40,420 nucleotides of DNA from Candidatus Aenigmatarchaeota archaeon. Its GTDB lineage: Archaea; Aenigmatarchaeota; Aenigmatarchaeia; GW2011-AR5; GCA-2688965. Every line of letters starts with the position of its first letter. Positions within the stretch are counted from its first letter, which is position 1. Below, in pieces: positions 32,382 through 40,420 of the stretch. Made by a program: the position numbers and the translations under genes. The notes under the pieces were generated by a model. The model made no database searches. It had not been told where the DNA came from and worked only from the letters and a program-made list of their open reading frames with translations. Location of the stretch: NCBI GenBank assembly GCA_043813745.1, contig JBDRKV010000048.1, forward strand, positions 1-40,420. Reading direction: 5' to 3'.

Positions 32382-33785
32382 TTAAACACTACCATGCATC
32401 CTGCCATAATGCCTGTTCAGCGACTTCATGTTGGAAAACGCCTTGTCGCACTTGTTGCACTTGTAGACGTTTCCAAGCGCAGCGTCATCTTTTTGTTTCT
32501 CCAGGCGTGATTCGAACTTCTTGAACGGGTATGTTATGGGATTCCTTATTTTCCTGCTTATGCACATCTCATCCGGCCTGCAAATGCCGTTGCCAATAGA
32601 TTTGTAGAAAGCCTCGTTGTAGCAGTTTGCGGGCAGCGTCTCGCCGCCGACATGATATCGCAACTGCCCTATCAGAAGCGAGCGCGGCAGCGGCCGCGGA
32701 TTATTTTCATTCCATTGCTGCACGCGTTCTATGATTTCCTCGGTAGTCCAATTCATCCGATTCAGGAAGTTTATGAGCGTGAACATTGAGCGCTTTCTGC
32801 CGTCAGCCAGACCGTTTAGGATTAGTTTGATGCAAGGCGGAAAGTCGCTTTCCAGCATCTTTTGTGTAATGGGATTTCTAGGAACTTTCTTCACGACTTT
32901 TATTTCCTCTTTCTTCTGGCGCGCATTCCAGTCTATGGCATCCAAAAGCAGGTTTTCTATTTCAACGTCGTCAGTGCTTTTGAAAAAGGGAGTTTTCAAA
33001 TGTCTTCCAACATGTTCTGGCAGCGCCATTATCATATCAAATGCTTCAAGCGTTTGTTTTGTTAGAGGAATCGATGCTAGCCACTTCTTCTCATTCAAGG
33101 AGAAAGGCGCGCGAAACATGTGTCTGTTGCTCCACCCGCGCTCCAGGTCAACGAAATAGAACGGCTCAAGCGTGCTGGCAGGCTCGTCCAACAAATCGCT
33201 TAGCTTTTTGTATGTTTTCAGCTTGATGAGCGCATGCATCAATGATTCGCTTATTTCGTTTGCAATGAAATTAGCCAGAATTTTCGGTATCTCCGGGTAT
33301 CGTTTTGCCGTAGGTTTATAATCTATCTCCTTTGGAAAAGCATTCCACGGAATAACCAAGTGAAAGCCTCTTGAGCCAGAAAACTTCATGCCGTAATTCT
33401 TAATCCCGTATTTTTCAAACAGCCGCAAAATTTCCAAAGCACAGGCCTTTGCGCCGTCTATGCCTATCTTACTGTCCATGTCCAGGACAAAATCAAATCC
33501 AGTGCGCAGCTCGTTTTGTTTCTCCTGCGTCGCGCTGGCTAACATCATCGCATTGCTCCATCTTTCAACGCTAAAGTGAAACGAAGTTATCCCTTTGTTA
33601 GCCATATTTTTGATGTCGCTCGCGTACTGAACGATATTAGGCCGCTTGTCGTAGCGTCCGTCCCAGTACGCGCCAGCAACCTCTCGCTCTTGCGCGTCCG
33701 CAACCATCCGGTTAAGCAGCTCTTCGTTGTTGTAATATTGCGCGACCTGCTGCATGTTTAGCGGTTTCGGCGTGAAAGTAGACAT
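32382..33785 (-). CDS. priS: DNA primase: PriS catalytic domain fused to PriL-CTD-like Fe-S domain and a C-terminal C2H2 zinc finger
   Basis: FDFVLDMDS and FSGSRGFHLVI (AEP motifs). FPPCIKLILNG...RSMFTLINFL plus three later Cys (PriL-CTD pattern). YKCNKCDKAFSNMKSLNRHYGRMH. The TATA-like TTAAAAAATATAAG fits ATG 33785. Confidence 0.8.
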   Translation of the reverse strand: MSTFTPKPLNMQQVAQYYNNEELLNRMVADAQEREVAGAYWDGRYDKRPNIVQYASDIKNMANKGITSFHFSVERWSNAMMLASATQEKQNELRTGFDFVLDMDSKIGIDGAKACALEILRLFEKYGIKNYGMKFSGSRGFHLVIPWNAFPKEIDYKPTAKRYPEIPKILANFIANEISESLMHALIKLKTYKKLSDLLDEPASTLEPFYFVDLERGWSNRHMFRAPFSLNEKKWLASIPLTKQTLEAFDMIMALPEHVGRHLKTPFFKSTDDVEIENLLLDAIDWNARQKKEEIKVVKKVPRNPITQKMLESDFPPCIKLILNGLADGRKRSMFTLINFLNRMNWTTEEIIERVQQWNENNPRPLPRSLLIGQLRYHVGGETLPANCYNEAFYKSIGNGICRPDEMCISRKIRNPITYPFKKFESRLEKQKDDAALGNVYKCNKCDKAFSNMKSLNRHYGRMHGSV

Positions 33786-33836
33786 ATGACCACAGATAGA
33801 TTTGCACTTATATTTTTTAATAATCAATAAATTTCT

Positions 33837-35195
33837 ATGTCGGAGTTCGAGGACAAGCCGAAAAAAATCGATGAAGACGTTGATGAAAAGCTGGAAAGGA
33901 TACGAGCACTGCTGCCAGACGACAAGCCCATGGTTGAAATCAGCGAAGGCTGCAGCATAGGAAATATTCCTGCTATCGCCAACAACAGGTTGTTCTTCGG
34001 TTCCTGCAATAAAAACTTTTACTGCCTGGACAAAAGGAACGGCGAGCTTGTATGGAGAAGGCCAGTCGGAGGGCAGGTAACCCTATCGTCTCCATTGATT
34101 TACAAGAACATGGTGATGTTCGGTTCGTTTGACAAGAATATGTACGCGCTGGATGCAAAAACAGGCGAGACAATCTGGAGCTTCAGAACTAATAACGAGA
34201 TAGAATCTTCCCCAATGATATATAAAAGAAAGTTGTATTTTGGAGGCCTGGACAACTATGTGTATTGTCTGGATGCAGAAAACGGGGAGCTTGTATGGAA
34301 ATACTTTTGCACGTACGGGAGCTCTTCGTGCCCTACGTTCCTAAATGGAAACCTATTATTCACGTGTTATGACAGGAATCTGTATTGTATTGACGCAGAA
34401 ACAACGGAAGTCAAATGGAAGTTTTACATGCACCTCAAGGCGAACACAACGCCCTGCATAACCGACAGGAAAGGGAATATGCTAGCGAATTCCATCAAAA
34501 AGGAGCCAGTTGTCGCAAAGGACGGCCTCATATTCATCGGAGACCGCGCCGGGAATTTCTCCTGCCTGAATTTTGATGGTGAAAAGGTCTGGAGTTTTTT
34601 TGCCGGAAACATGATAAATCTTTCATCCGCATGCGCTGAAAATGGAAGGGCGTATTTCACGTGCTTTGACGGCAATATTTACTGCCTGTCCATTGACGGC
34701 AAGCTGCTCTGGAAATACAAGACTGGCCAGGGCGCTGCAACCGCGCCATTGATAATAGATAATCTTGTGTTAGCAGGCTCATGCGACCAGAACATGTATG
34801 CGCTTGACAAGGAAACCGGACAGTTCAAATGGGCGTTCCACACAGGCGGAATAATTCTTGGCTCAGCAAACATTGAGGGAAAAACAATATATTTCGGCTC
34901 CTGGGACGGCAACATGTATGCTATTGACACAACAGACAGGAAGAAATTGTGGTCGTTCCAGACAAGCAGCCTTGGCCAGTCGACAATAATGGGTGTGAAT
35001 TTCAACAGTAAAGAAGAGCGCATAAAGTTCGCAATACAAACAGGCATGAGCAGAGAGCGCGCTTACGAAACCCAGTCAGACGAAGAACACGATCATGTTG
35101 GTTTCACATACATCAAGGACGACGAGAAGAATCCGTATCTGATGATAGGTAAGGACAATCCATATATTAACAGGAAGAAACGCTTAAACCCTTAA
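33837..35195 (+). CDS. PQQ-like beta-propeller repeat protein
   Basis: Repeated Y(C/A)LD(A/K)xxGExxW blades. There is no N-terminal signal peptide. Confidence 0.75.
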   Translation: MSEFEDKPKKIDEDVDEKLERIRALLPDDKPMVEISEGCSIGNIPAIANNRLFFGSCNKNFYCLDKRNGELVWRRPVGGQVTLSSPLIYKNMVMFGSFDKNMYALDAKTGETIWSFRTNNEIESSPMIYKRKLYFGGLDNYVYCLDAENGELVWKYFCTYGSSSCPTFLNGNLLFTCYDRNLYCIDAETTEVKWKFYMHLKANTTPCITDRKGNMLANSIKKEPVVAKDGLIFIGDRAGNFSCLNFDGEKVWSFFAGNMINLSSACAENGRAYFTCFDGNIYCLSIDGKLLWKYKTGQGAATAPLIIDNLVLAGSCDQNMYALDKETGQFKWAFHTGGIILGSANIEGKTIYFGSWDGNMYAIDTTDRKKLWSFQTSSLGQSTIMGVNFNSKEERIKFAIQTGMSRERAYETQSDEEHDHVGFTYIKDDEKNPYLMIGKDNPYINRKKRLNP

Positions 35196-35219
35196 AAACC
35201 TGAGGGTGAAAATAAAACC

Positions 35220-35627
35220 ATGAACCCCGTGAAAATACTATTCGTCTGCCACGCAAACGTCGACCGCAGCCAGATGGCAGAAGCCCTCTTCAGGACTTTT
35301 GCCAGAGAAGGCGGTGAATACGAAGCTATGAGTGCTGGCACGCATGTTTTGGAAAATGAAGGCAAGCCGTTGGCAGATGAAGTCGTCAGATGCATGAAAG
35401 AACTTGGTTATGATTTGTCAGGAAGCCGCAGAAAACAACTCACGCCTCAAATGGTGGATGAAGCAAATAAAGTAGTGGTAATGACAAGTTTTGGCGATGT
35501 GCCGTGGTACCTGCATGGTTCCCCAAAGATGACATACTGGGATGTGCCTGACGGAAAAGGCAAATCTTACGAAGGAATCTGCGCAATCCGAAACCAGATA
35601 AGAGATCTGATTCAAACCTTGTTCTAG
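35220..35627 (+). CDS. low-molecular-weight phosphotyrosine phosphatase/ArsC-family protein
   Basis: ILFVCHANVDRSQMAEALF (CX5R-S P-loop), with a later WDVPDG. Confidence 0.7.
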   Translation: MNPVKILFVCHANVDRSQMAEALFRTFAREGGEYEAMSAGTHVLENEGKPLADEVVRCMKELGYDLSGSRRKQLTPQMVDEANKVVVMTSFGDVPWYLHGSPKMTYWDVPDGKGKSYEGICAIRNQIRDLIQTLF

Positions 35628-35765
35628 GAAGAGCGATAATAGTTTAAGTAAGTGGTAGAAAGTCAGTAGAAGTTCTAAAGGGTGATTCAACCAATCATTG
35701 TCTTGCCTAAGATTAGGCAGTCAAGCCAGTGAAACGTTTATTAAATCTGTCAAGAAAACATATTC

Positions 35766-37439
35766 ATGCAATACCGCGAGCTCGTCAAAACGTATCAGTC
35801 ATTGGAAGCCACTACAAAGAAACTGGAAAAGCGCGATATCTTGGCAAGATTATACAAGGAAACACCCAACGAGTTGTTGCCAATCATTGTTCTTTTATCA
35901 CAGGGCATGGTCTTCCCTAAAGGCGGCAAAGAGCTCGGTATAGCAACAAACATGATGCTCGCCGCCATCGAAAAGTCCTATGGCGTAAGCGAAAAAGAAG
36001 TCGAGTCCGTATTCAAGAAAACAGGCGACGTCGGCCTGACAGCCGAGCATTTTGCAAAAAATAAAAAACAACACTCACTGGTCCATCGCGTATTAACAGT
36101 ACAACATATCATGGACAACCTGCAGCGTCTGCCAGACATTACCGGAAAAGGCAGCCAAGAAAAAAAGCTGGTATTGTTACAAGAGTTATTAGTTTACGCA
36201 ACGCCGTTAGAAGCAAAATATATCGCTCGCACAGCCGTCGAAACATTACGCATTGGCGTTGCCGAGGGTGTTGTCAACAGTGCGATAGCGCACGCATTTA
36301 ACAAAGAACCAAAGCTCGTGGAAAAATCTTATTCATACATCGGTGATTATGGCGAAGTCGCTGTCTTGGCAAAGGAAAATAAATTAACAACTTCTCGCCT
36401 GGAAGTCGGCTCGCCCGTGCGCCCCATGCTCGCAGATCGCTCCAAGGGTTTGGATGAAGTTTTTGAGCGGTTCAAGAACATCGCATTAGAAGTCAAGTAC
36501 GATGGCTTTCGCACGTTCGTGCATAAAGACGGCAATAAGATTACAATCTTTTCCAGAAGATTAGACGATGTGACGCATCAATTTCCAGACATCGTTAAGC
36601 TTGCTAGAGAAAATCTTAAAGCAAAATCCTGCATCGTCGACGGCGAAACATTTGCCACAGACAAAAAAACCGGCGCACCGCGTCCATTCCAAGTATTGTC
36701 GCGCCGCATACACCGCAAGTATGATATAGAGCAAATGATACAGGAAATCCCAATCCAAGTTAATCTGTTTGATTTGTTGTATGCAAATGGCGAGAACTAC
36801 ATGGAAAAACCGCTGAAAGAGCGCTGGCACAAACTAAAGCAGGTCGTCAAAGAAACGCGCGCTTTCAAGCTCGCTGAGCACATTGAAACCGATGACAGGA
36901 AGATCGCAGAAAAATTCTTGAAAGAGTCGTTAGCAGAAGGCCAGGAAGGCTTGATTGGGAAGAACTTGGACGCGCATTACCAGCCAGGCAAGCGCGCTGG
37001 TTATTGGCTGAAAGTCAAGGAAATCATGGAGCCGCTCGACCTAGTAATCATAGGCGGCACGTGGTCCGAGGGTAAGCGTGCAAAGCAGATCGGTTCAATC
37101 CTACTTGGCGTAAAGAATGGCAAGGAGTTCATCGCGACAGGCATGCTCGGCTCCGGCCTGCGCGAAAAAGAAAGCGAAAGCACGTTCACTATTTCAGAGC
37201 TCACGGATATTTTGAAAAAAGACATTGTTAGCGAAAGCGGAACGTCAGTTGTGGTCAAGCCGCGCATTGTTGTGGAAGTCGGCTACGAAGAAATCCAGAA
37301 ATCACCAAAATATCCATCTGGATTTGCATTGCGTTTCCCGCGTTTGCTTCGCTTCCGCACAGACGAGAAGCGTCCAGAGGACGCTGACACGATTGCGACC
37401 ATAGAAAAGTTGTATAAAAAGCAGAAGACTAAAGAATGA
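35766..37439 (+). CDS. lig: ATP-dependent DNA ligase
   Basis: Adenylation motif EVKYDGFR, EGLIGK, WLKVK, and an OB-fold C-terminus. Confidence 0.9.
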   Translation: MQYRELVKTYQSLEATTKKLEKRDILARLYKETPNELLPIIVLLSQGMVFPKGGKELGIATNMMLAAIEKSYGVSEKEVESVFKKTGDVGLTAEHFAKNKKQHSLVHRVLTVQHIMDNLQRLPDITGKGSQEKKLVLLQELLVYATPLEAKYIARTAVETLRIGVAEGVVNSAIAHAFNKEPKLVEKSYSYIGDYGEVAVLAKENKLTTSRLEVGSPVRPMLADRSKGLDEVFERFKNIALEVKYDGFRTFVHKDGNKITIFSRRLDDVTHQFPDIVKLARENLKAKSCIVDGETFATDKKTGAPRPFQVLSRRIHRKYDIEQMIQEIPIQVNLFDLLYANGENYMEKPLKERWHKLKQVVKETRAFKLAEHIETDDRKIAEKFLKESLAEGQEGLIGKNLDAHYQPGKRAGYWLKVKEIMEPLDLVIIGGTWSEGKRAKQIGSILLGVKNGKEFIATGMLGSGLREKESESTFTISELTDILKKDIVSESGTSVVVKPRIVVEVGYEEIQKSPKYPSGFALRFPRLLRFRTDEKRPEDADTIATIEKLYKKQKTKE

Positions 37440-37548
37440 TTACCAACATGTCCGCGCAAGAAGCGTGAATAAAGGCTGATTTTAACGAATTTATAAACAA
37501 TAAATCTAGTTGTTTATGTATTCGAAATATTACGGAAGAATAAAGTTT

Positions 37549-38811
37549 ATGAAAAATTTAAAAAAACTTGGTCTTAACGAAACCATTTTAAAAACATTGG
37601 AAAAATTAGGATTTACCGAGCCGACTGAAGTTCAGGAAAAAACAATCCCCTCAGTTTTGCAGGGTATTGATGTCATAGCCGGTTCTGCGACTGGCTCGGG
37701 AAAAACTCTAGTTTTTGGAGCAGGAATTATTCATAATTGCAAGGCAATGAAAAAAATCCAAGCTTTGGTCATGGTTCCGACAAGGGAACTAGCAGAACAA
37801 GTTTCAAAAACCATTGGAACATTTTCGAAGCAGGGCTTGAAAATAGAAGCTGTATACGGGGGAGTCGCCATTGGACCGCAGATTAGAAAATTGCAACATG
37901 CTGATGTGGTGGTAGGCACGCCTGGAAGAATTCTTGATCACATGCAAAGAAATACCATCGATATAAGCCATGTCAAAATCCTAGTTTTAGATGAAGCCGA
38001 CAGGATGCTGGATATGGGATTCATATATGACGTTGAAAAAATAATAAGACACTGCCCGGAAAAAAGGCAAACCATGATGTTTTCTGCTACAATATCAGAA
38101 GATATCCGGCGCCTGTCAAAAAATTACATGAAAAATCCGGTAAAAGTATTAGTAGAATCGTACATAGACCAGAGCAAGTTAACCCAGTCTTACTATAATG
38201 TCTCTGACATCGAGAAGTTCTCGTTGCTGGTTCATTTGTTGAAAAATGAGGATTCCAAGCTGGTTATGGTTTTCTGCAACACCAAAAGAAATACAGATTT
38301 CGTTGCCAATAATCTGAAGGAGTTGGGAATAAATGCATTGGCGATTCATGGCGGATTTTCACAGGAACAGAGAAGCCATGTAATGGAAAAATTTCACAGC
38401 CAAAATATTTCAGTTCTAGTCTGCACGGATGTTGCGGCCAGAGGTCTGGACATTAAAGAAGTTTCCCATGTTTACAACTATGACATACCAAGCGATTCAA
38501 AAGCTTACATACATAGAATTGGCAGAACAGCCAGAGCCGGAAAAAAGGGAAAAGCAGTAAGCATTCTTGCGCCAAGAGATTATGATAATTTCAGGGAAGT
38601 GCTCAAAGACCGCAAACTGGAGATAGAAAGGTTGCCTGTCCCTGTTATAAACCGAGTTTACGTGAGATGGATTGAAAAAAGAAGAACATATGGCGGCGGG
38701 CGCGGCGGAAGAAGCGGCAGTAGCCGTGGTGGAAGGGGTTATGGAAGAGAAAGCAGTGGCAGTCGTGATTATTCCAGCGCCCCAAGGCGCTCATGGAAAA
38801 GACGAAACTAA
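37549..38811 (+). CDS. DEAD-box RNA helicase with RGG-rich C-terminal tail
   Basis: Q-motif GFTEPTEVQ, AGSATGSGKT, VLDEADRMLDMGF, SAT, HRIGRTARAG, and the tail GGGRGGRSGSSRGGRGYG. Confidence 0.9.
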   Translation: MKNLKKLGLNETILKTLEKLGFTEPTEVQEKTIPSVLQGIDVIAGSATGSGKTLVFGAGIIHNCKAMKKIQALVMVPTRELAEQVSKTIGTFSKQGLKIEAVYGGVAIGPQIRKLQHADVVVGTPGRILDHMQRNTIDISHVKILVLDEADRMLDMGFIYDVEKIIRHCPEKRQTMMFSATISEDIRRLSKNYMKNPVKVLVESYIDQSKLTQSYYNVSDIEKFSLLVHLLKNEDSKLVMVFCNTKRNTDFVANNLKELGINALAIHGGFSQEQRSHVMEKFHSQNISVLVCTDVAARGLDIKEVSHVYNYDIPSDSKAYIHRIGRTARAGKKGKAVSILAPRDYDNFREVLKDRKLEIERLPVPVINRVYVRWIEKRRTYGGGRGGRSGSSRGGRGYGRESSGSRDYSSAPRRSWKRRN

Positions 38812-38822
38812 TTTTTAATTTT

Positions 38823-38880
38823 ATGATGTTGCACTGATATCCGCAGGCTAAAGCCCGCGGTTTCCTTGTGCAACAGCATC
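38823..38880 (+). terminator. family F stem-loop after the DEAD-box helicase gene, with a nested hairpin
   Basis: ATGATGTTGCAC...CCGCAGGC-TAAA-GCCCGCGG...GTGCAACAGCATC. Confidence 0.45.
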
Positions 38881-38881
38881 T

Positions 38882-38930
38882 CAAAGAGCTCATCTGTGGA
38901 CTTTAGTCCACAGTTTTCGCATGCTCTTTG
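38882..38930. terminator. second nested stem-loop in the convergent spacer
   Basis: CAAAGAGC ... CTGTGGAC-TTTA-GTCCACAG ... GCTCTTTG. Confidence 0.4.
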
Positions 38931-38946
38931 CAGATAAAAATTATTC

Positions 38947-39678
38947 CTAAAAATTCTCCTGTATGAACCGTTCCAGATAGATTAGTTCATTCGGATTTCC
39001 GAACGGTACCCAATAACTCTTCGCCGGCACGATGCGAACTTTGTGCGCATCTGCGAGCAGCTGCACAGCAGACGTGATTTCGTATTCTCCGCGCTCTGAG
39101 CGTTTTATTTTTTTCAGCGCCTCAAAGATGTCAGGCGTGAACTTCCACAAGTTCGCGTTAACAAGCTTGTCTTGATAGAACTCCTTGATCTCACCAGCAG
39201 ACGGCTTTTCAACAATCCTGCGCAGCCATCCCTGCTGGTCTGTCGAAAGTACAGCGTATTTTGTGGGGTCCATTGCACGATAGCCCATGCCATAGCAAAC
39301 GTCGTCGTTAATAACTTTCTTGAACCGAGCCATGTCATCCGGCGAATACAAGTCATCGCCGTTGACCATTACAAAGTTTTGCCCGGCAACGAAGTCTTCC
39401 GCAGCTTTCACAGCATCGCCTGTGCCTCTTGGCTCTGGCTGGTTGATGAAAGATATTTTCATGTCAAAATAGTGCTTGTTCTTCTTTACCCAGTCCTCCA
39501 TCATTTCTTTCTTGTAATTTACAACAATGCCCACGTCAGTCGCGCCGGCAGTCTTAAGGTTGTGTAGTAACCAATATAGGAACGGCTTGCCGGCTACAGG
39601 TATGAGCGGCTTTGGTATCGTAGCCGTAAGAGGCATCATGCGCGTGCCCTTTCCAGCAGCTAAGAGAACGACTTTCAT
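38947..39678 (-). CDS. sugar-phosphate nucleotidyltransferase (RfbA/GlmU N-domain-like)
   Basis: MKVVLLAAGKGTRMMPLTATIPKPLIPVAGKP. Confidence 0.8.
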   Translation of the reverse strand: MKVVLLAAGKGTRMMPLTATIPKPLIPVAGKPFLYWLLHNLKTAGATDVGIVVNYKKEMMEDWVKKNKHYFDMKISFINQPEPRGTGDAVKAAEDFVAGQNFVMVNGDDLYSPDDMARFKKVINDDVCYGMGYRAMDPTKYAVLSTDQQGWLRRIVEKPSAGEIKEFYQDKLVNANLWKFTPDIFEALKKIKRSERGEYEITSAVQLLADAHKVRIVPAKSYWVPFGNPNELIYLERFIQENF

Positions 39679-39763
39679 TGAAAAAAACCTTCCTTAATAT
39701 TTTGTATCAACCATATGTTTCTTTGGATTCCAAGGAGCCTTTCTTTACAAAGAAAGGCTGCTT
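39679..39763 (-). repeat. family B element, copy B2 (immediately 5' of the nucleotidyltransferase ATG)
   Basis: Same core as B1. Its 3' end supplies AATATTAAGGAAGGTTTTTTTCA just before the ATG. Confidence 0.85.
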
Positions 39764-39788
39764 CTGCAGCTAAGAGGACTATTTTCAT
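39764..39788 (-). pseudogene. relic duplicate of the first 25 nt of the nucleotidyltransferase gene
   Basis: ATGAAAATAGTCCTCTTAGCTGCAG versus the gene's ATGAAAGTCGTTCTCTTAGCTGCTG, which is 21/25 identical. Confidence 0.75.
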
Positions 39789-39835
39789 ATTTTCATCTCC
39801 GATGAAAATCTCAACGAATGCAATGCATTCAGTTG
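39789..39835 (-). repeat. family A copy A4 (upstream of the relic nucleotidyltransferase start)
   Basis: mRNA sense: CAACTGAATGC-ATT-GCATTCGTTG AGATTTTCAT CGGAG ATGAAAAT. Confidence 0.7.
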
Positions 39836-39904
39836 CAGATCATCACTCTGCAATTATTCGATGAAAAATTTAAATAGATTTAATTAAGCTCTTAATTAAA
39901 TATA

Positions 39905-39929
39905 TTAGAATACCTTTAAGGTATTCTAA
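39905..39929 (-). terminator. 10-bp stem-loop directly after the stop of the truncated ORF 39935..40420
   Basis: TTAGAATACC-TTTAA-GGTATTCTAA. Confidence 0.45.
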
Positions 39930-39934
39930 ATAGA

Positions 39935-40420
39935 TTATCCGTGCTGGTTTTGCTTTGGCGCTGCATGCGGAAATGCCTTTGAAAAAAATTCATTCATGTC
40001 GTCTCGGGCGCGACCTTTTAATTCCAGCCGTTTACTGCTGTGTATTGCCAATGGCGTTCCAAAGACCGAAGCATATTCAAAATAAGTCATCTGCTCTGTT
40101 AAAGCGCCGCGCAATATTTCAAAATCCGACTCATCCATCAGATGCCTGGCAGGCGGTTGTACTGTATGATCTGTAACAATTATTTCTGGCATTTTATCTG
40201 GAGAAGGACTGTCAATATTTAGAGAAGAACTGTCAACAGTATAGTCCCTGCCATCAAAGCTTGCTCTTAATACCATAAGAGAGTCCCTTTGGCCATACAC
40301 AGAAAACTTAAGACTGAAGACAGCCGGCTTGTCGTGATAAGTAGTTACTTTAAAGAAAACTACTGGGTCTTCATGCTCTTCCCAGCGTTCTGGGGGTTTT
40401 AGTATTTTGAAAAACTTCGC
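39935..40420 (-). CDS. hypothetical protein, 5'-truncated by the window end
   Basis: By hand translation, the minus-strand frame stays open from the track start (GTG 40300) to base 40420. I recognise no motif. Confidence 0.4.
   Translation of the reverse strand, partial: AKFFKILKPPERWEEHEDPVVFFKVTTYHDKPAVFSLKFSVYGQRDSLMVLRASFDGRDYTVDSSSLNIDSPSPDKMPEIIVTDHTVQPPARHLMDESDFEILRGALTEQMTYFEYASVFGTPLAIHSSKRLELKGRARDDMNEFFSKAFPHAAPKQNQHG

Noticed and set aside
31042-35195. OMP-like ORF plus the PQQ beta-propeller considered as a BamB/outer-membrane assembly pair
   Set aside because: The propeller protein has no signal peptide or lipobox. PQQ-repeat propellers are common in archaea. The genes are separated by the primase and are on different strands.
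35698-35943. Small ORFs (81 and 63 aa) overlapping the ligase start
   Set aside because: They are off-frame relative to the well-supported ligase ORF starting at ATG 35766.
1-40420. Integrase, transposase or other mobility genes that could explain the repeat insertions
   Set aside because: No ORF in the window shows tyrosine/serine recombinase or DDE motifs. If the elements are mobile, the enzyme is encoded elsewhere, or a host process such as the splicing endonuclease/ligase or replication slippage is responsible.

Overview
This is an archaeal chromosome segment, shown by eukaryote/archaea-type ribosomal proteins (L15e, L18e, L7Ae, S28e, L24e, S27e, L44e, L10e), RNA polymerase subunits D/N/K, aIF2 alpha and beta, RNase P proteins, Nop10/Cbf5, GINS, primase, RFC and an ATP-dependent DNA ligase. 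The short proteins, the fused PriS/PriL primase and the tight gene packing suggest a small-genome (DPANN-like) archaeon, but that is inference only. I support 56 protein-coding genes, including two below the ORF-track size cut-off (L24e and Nop10), and two tRNAs: tRNA-Ser(GGA) and an intron-containing tRNA-Leu(UAA). I see no rRNA, no CRISPR array and no transposase or integrase ORF. The most unusual content is non-coding. Intergenic spacers hold several families of short hairpin-rich repeats, labelled A, B, D, E, F and X here. Their stems differ between copies by compensatory changes. Several copies sit exactly at gene boundaries and are bracketed by long direct duplications (13 to 49 bp) of the adjacent gene end or start. 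One family copy forms the intron of tRNA-Leu. Secondary points of interest are a beta-rich, outer-membrane-protein-like ORF between the GINS and primase genes, a primase with a C-terminal C2H2 zinc finger, and several orphan ORFs that interrupt conserved gene pairs.
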